From NCBI RefSeq assembly GCF_000039765.1, contig NC_004460.2:300001-332000 (forward strand): 32,000 nucleotides of DNA, in the 5' to 3' direction. The position numbers and the translations under genes were made by a program. Position 1 is the first letter of the stretch, and every line of letters begins with the position of its first letter. Below, piece by piece: positions 29,008 to 32,000 of the stretch. The notes below the pieces were generated by a model. That model saw only the letters and a list, made by a program, of their open reading frames with translations. It was not told the origin of the DNA and ran no database searches. Source of the stretch: Vibrio vulnificus CMCP6. Its GTDB lineage: Bacteria > Pseudomonadota > Gammaproteobacteria > Enterobacterales > Vibrionaceae.

Positions 29008-29669
29008 TAACCTTTCATCTTATAGCCAACACCGCGAAGTGTTTCGATCTCTAAGCCCGCAAGCTTCTGTCGCAACTGCAATACATGTGTGTCTACGGTT
29101 CGAGTAGTTGGGAAGTGGTTGTAACCCCAAACATGATCTAACAGCTCATCACGAGTAAAAACTCGACCTAGATTGCTCGCCAAAAATAATAGGAGATCAA
29201 ATTCTGTTCTTGTCAGTGTAATTTGCTCACCTTTAAAAAAGACTTCACGAGTCGATTTATCTATGACTAGGTTTTCTGTCTCTACTTTGTCGCTACTCCC
29301 TTGCTCGCTGGATTCAGGAGAACGAAGCTGGGCACGAATTCGCGCAAATAGTTCTGCTTCTGCAAACGGTTTGGTCAAATAATCGTTAGCACCGGAATCC
29401 AAGCCTGCGACTTTATCTTTGACAGTAACCAGTGCCGTAAGCAAAATCACTGGCACGTTTTTAGTTTTCTTCCAGCCAGGTAAATGCGAAATAGAATCGC
29501 CATCTGGTAATTGTCTATCAAGGATCACCAGATCAGCCTGAGGCCAAAGCGATTCAACTTCAGAAATGCGCTCAGCGTGCAAACACTCGTAACCGGCCTG
29601 CTCTAAACTTACTAATAGACCGTCTGCTAGGTTTTTATCATCTTCAACGAGAAGCAACGTCTGTTTCAC
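29007..29669 (-). CDS. vxrB: OmpR-family response regulator (VxrB/WigR-like by synteny)
   Basis: Receiver domain (LLLVEDD.., ..LVILDRQLPDGD.., ..LTA..) plus a winged-helix C-terminus (..LTRTEFDLLLFLA.., ..VDTHVLQLRQKL.., RGVGYK). I moved the start to GTG 29669 (GGAGA 6 nt upstream). Confidence 0.7.
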   Translation of the reverse strand: MKQTLLLVEDDKNLADGLLVSLEQAGYECLHAERISEVESLWPQADLVILDRQLPDGDSISHLPGWKKTKNVPVILLTALVTVKDKVAGLDSGANDYLTKPFAEAELFARIRAQLRSPESSEQGSSDKVETENLVIDKSTREVFFKGEQITLTRTEFDLLLFLASNLGRVFTRDELLDHVWGYNHFPTTRTVDTHVLQLRQKLAGLEIETLRGVGYKMKG

Positions 29670-31128
29670 AAGGTATCTCCAAAATAAACGTAGTTGGTGG
29701 ACCAACGAGCTTCATTTTACCGCCCATTCGCCCGACCATAGATTCAACAATTGTTAAGCCAAGTCCCAAACCGCTTTTGCTGACAAATGGCTTGCGTAAA
29801 TGTGACCAGTCCCTGCTGGTGAGTTTGCCATTATCGGTGACTCGGATTGTTAATTTACTGTCACCTGTTTGTACATCCAGTGTCACGGGGGCAACGCCGT
29901 ATTTCACTGCGTTTCTAATCAAGTTATCAACGCAGGTTCCTAACCAATAGACATTAATTTTTGCTGATACATCTTGGTTAATTTTAAACTCAACACCTTC
30001 TGGAAACTCGTCTTCAATTTTAAAAAGCAACCACTCTTCTACAGAAGGAATCCAATCGGTCGCAAGCTGCTGGTTATCCGACTGGAGGTAATCCTTACTC
30101 GCTTCGGCTAGTTGTCTTAGTCGGCGAGTATCTTCACATAAACGTCGAAACTCATCATAAACTGTTTCCGGTAAGTGCTCAAACTCTCGACGAAAGCCCT
30201 CTACCGTTAGTGATAAACTGGCAATCGGAGTGCGAAGTTCATGTGTAAGAATCTGAAGTACCAACATACGACTTCTCAGCTCTTGGCGCTTGCTATTCCA
30301 ACGGTACACTGCCCATCCGGCCACCAGCATGATATTGGCAATAACCAATACGATCATAGAGAAACGTAAGATTTGCGAATGGTCTTCTACATCCCAGCAA
30401 ATATTTCCTCGCTGAACAAAACAACTTGCGTTATCCGCGCGAACACTTAAGGACAATCCCGCAGTTTCAACGTTGGTAGACCAAACACTCTTGTCGAATA
30501 CGTGGTAATAGTCCCCTCGCCTTAGCCAAAGATCATCTTTATCCAAAAACATGATCGAACCAGCAATCAAAGCATTGATGGTTTCATCATCCATTGCTCT
30601 CAGACTGCTTAATAGTTCGTTACCTTCCTCATCCATTCGTTCCTTGATGTGCATGAATTTTTTTAGATTTTCATGCTCTTCTGGAAACTTTTGAATGTAG
30701 CGAGCGGCGTAAGTCCCGCCACCCGGATGAATCAATGCGGAACGAGAAAACCAGCGAGTATTAAGCTTCACCCCTTTACAAACTGAACGAGTGAAAACTA
30801 ATGGCTCCGTGATCAATGGGCTGAGTGGTAGCTTGCCATTGCAGGTTTTGGACAGTTGATACAGTTGTTGTATGTCTTTCAGTGGGTAATTCGCCGTTTG
30901 TGGCAGCATTGAGTCAGGCGAAAGAAGTTTAGTAGGGAATGACGACTGTAAATCGCGGATGTCGTATGTTTTGCTTGCGGAATCATAATCAAATAACTCT
31001 GTGAAAAAATCAATGCGCTCCGGCAACGAGTCTGCCAGAGCACTGGGTACTAGGTTCACAGAAAGCAGCAATGATAAGCAGAGTTTTTTAATCAAAACAT
31101 TGTACGACGTCGTTATTATTGCCCCCAA
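29644..31128 (-). CDS. vxrA: Sensor histidine kinase with a large periplasmic domain (VxrA/WigK-like by synteny)
   Basis: N-terminal TM, a ~230-aa periplasmic domain, a second TM (FSMIVLVIANIMLVAGWAVY), the H-box LTHELRTPI, and ATPase N and G boxes (NLIRNAVKY, SGLGLGL). The start codon is uncertain (TTG 31128). Confidence 0.65.
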   Translation of the reverse strand: MGAIITTSYNVLIKKLCLSLLLSVNLVPSALADSLPERIDFFTELFDYDSASKTYDIRDLQSSFPTKLLSPDSMLPQTANYPLKDIQQLYQLSKTCNGKLPLSPLITEPLVFTRSVCKGVKLNTRWFSRSALIHPGGGTYAARYIQKFPEEHENLKKFMHIKERMDEEGNELLSSLRAMDDETINALIAGSIMFLDKDDLWLRRGDYYHVFDKSVWSTNVETAGLSLSVRADNASCFVQRGNICWDVEDHSQILRFSMIVLVIANIMLVAGWAVYRWNSKRQELRSRMLVLQILTHELRTPIASLSLTVEGFRREFEHLPETVYDEFRRLCEDTRRLRQLAEASKDYLQSDNQQLATDWIPSVEEWLLFKIEDEFPEGVEFKINQDVSAKINVYWLGTCVDNLIRNAVKYGVAPVTLDVQTGDSKLTIRVTDNGKLTSRDWSHLRKPFVSKSGLGLGLTIVESMVGRMGGKMKLVGPPTTFILEIPCETDVASR

Positions 31129-31190
31129 TATACAACATATTCATGAAAGTTTACATTTGTGGGATTCGGTATTTGATTGGATCGATTAGA

Positions 31191-31225
31191 AAAACAACAA
31201 AAAGGCCAGCTTTTCAGCTGGCCTT
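31191..31225 (-). terminator. Intrinsic terminator after pntB
   Basis: The minus strand reads AAGGCCAGC-TGAAAA-GCTGGCCTT followed by a T-rich run. Confidence 0.65.
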
Positions 31226-31240
31226 CGTCTTTTAGGTAAA

Positions 31241-32000
31241 TTATAACGCTTTTGAAATCGCATCCACGCTATCTTTGGCATCACCAAAGAGCATTGATGT
31301 GTTCTCTTTAAAGAACAATGGGTTCTGAACTCCAGCGTAGCCAGTATTCATTGAACGTTTGAAAACAATAACGTTTTTTGCATGCCAAACTTCCAATACT
31401 GGCATGCCGGCGATTGGGCTGTTTGGATCTTCTAGCGCAGCTGGGTTAACGGTGTCATTCGCACCAATAACCAACACGGTATCCGTGTCTGAGAAGTCGT
31501 CATTGATCTCATCCATTTCCAGAACGATGTCATAAGGCACTTTTGCTTCAGCGAGCAGCACGTTCATGTGACCTGGTAGACGACCCGCTACTGGGTGAAT
31601 ACCGAAACGAACATTCACACCTTGCGCACGCAGTTTTTCTGTGATCTCGTGAACTGGGTATTGAGCTTGTGCTACTGCCATGCCATATCCAGGAGTGATG
31701 ATGACTGACTTGGAGTTTTTCAGCATATCCGCTACATCTTCTGCATTGATTTCACGATGCTCACCATACTCTTCATCACCGGAAATCACGACTTCCTGGC
31801 CAAAGCCACCGGCGATAACGCTGATAAACGAGCGGTTCATCGCTTTACACATGATGTACGAAAGAATTGCACCTGAAGAACCAACGAGAGCACCAGTCAC
31901 GATCAACAGATCGTTTGCTAGCATGAAACCTGCCGCGGCAGCTGCCCAACCAGAGTAAGAGTTCAGCATAGAGACCACAACTGGCATATCCGCACCACCG
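31241..32000 (-). CDS. pntB: NAD(P) transhydrogenase subunit beta, C-terminal part; gene runs off the right edge
   Basis: Near-identical to the E. coli PntB C-terminal region as I recall it (..[78 protein letters not shown]..). Confidence 0.95.
   Translation of the reverse strand, partial: GGADMPVVVSMLNSYSGWAAAAAGFMLANDLLIVTGALVGSSGAILSYIMCKAMNRSFISVIAGGFGQEVVISGDEEYGEHREINAEDVADMLKNSKSVIITPGYGMAVAQAQYPVHEITEKLRAQGVNVRFGIHPVAGRLPGHMNVLLAEAKVPYDIVLEMDEINDDFSDTDTVLVIGANDTVNPAALEDPNSPIAGMPVLEVWHAKNVIVFKRSMNTGYAGVQNPLFFKENTSMLFGDAKDSVDAISKAL

Noticed and set aside
1-32000. CRISPR arrays, tRNA/rRNA genes, and tRNA-type att sites
   Set aside because: I saw no regularly spaced direct repeats with unique spacers and no cloverleaf-like or rRNA-like stretches. 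The only att-like repeats are the two dif-type sites.

Overview
The window looks like a Vibrionaceae chromosomal segment. The gene content and order (pntB, a vxrAB-like two-component operon, yoaH, dif, SUI1/yciH, ddl) match what I recall of the replication-terminus region of Vibrio chromosome 2. I cannot confirm the species.

Left part (1-13.7 kb): ordinary genes. These are the pxpA-pxpB-pxpC 5-oxoprolinase operon, a YfiR-like protein plus a membrane HAMP-PAS-GGDEF cyclase (SGDEF variant), and a Fur-box-controlled TonB-dependent heme receptor that is frameshifted. It continues with a divergent LysR regulator, the Pat/YfiQ protein acetyltransferase, a SPOR lipoprotein, ddl, a small duplicated-domain protein and yciH.

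Centre: a canonical 28-bp dif site (13953-13980) is followed by about 11.6 kb of more GC-rich DNA that ends at a second, directly repeated dif-like site with a degenerate XerD arm (25619-25646).
- The element has no integrase or transposase.
- It encodes a 662-aa HUH rolling-circle Rep, a ~222-aa Walker ATPase, a ~280-aa capsid candidate, a repeat-containing spike candidate, a dozen tightly coupled small membrane proteins and a divergent HTH switch.
- This matches the architecture of a tailless, internal-membrane PM2/corticovirus-like phage.
- I interpret it as a non-filamentous prophage using host XerCD at dif (an IMEX).
- A DUF3653-like HTH gene beside dif is a candidate XafT-type Xer activation factor.
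- A low-GC stand-alone cargo gene also sits at this end.

Right part: an ORF-poor scar zone with an IS transposase remnant, then yoaH, the vxr-like operon and the 3' end of pntB.

I saw no rRNA, tRNA or CRISPR array. All family assignments come from reading translated sequence and from memory of those families. No database search was run.
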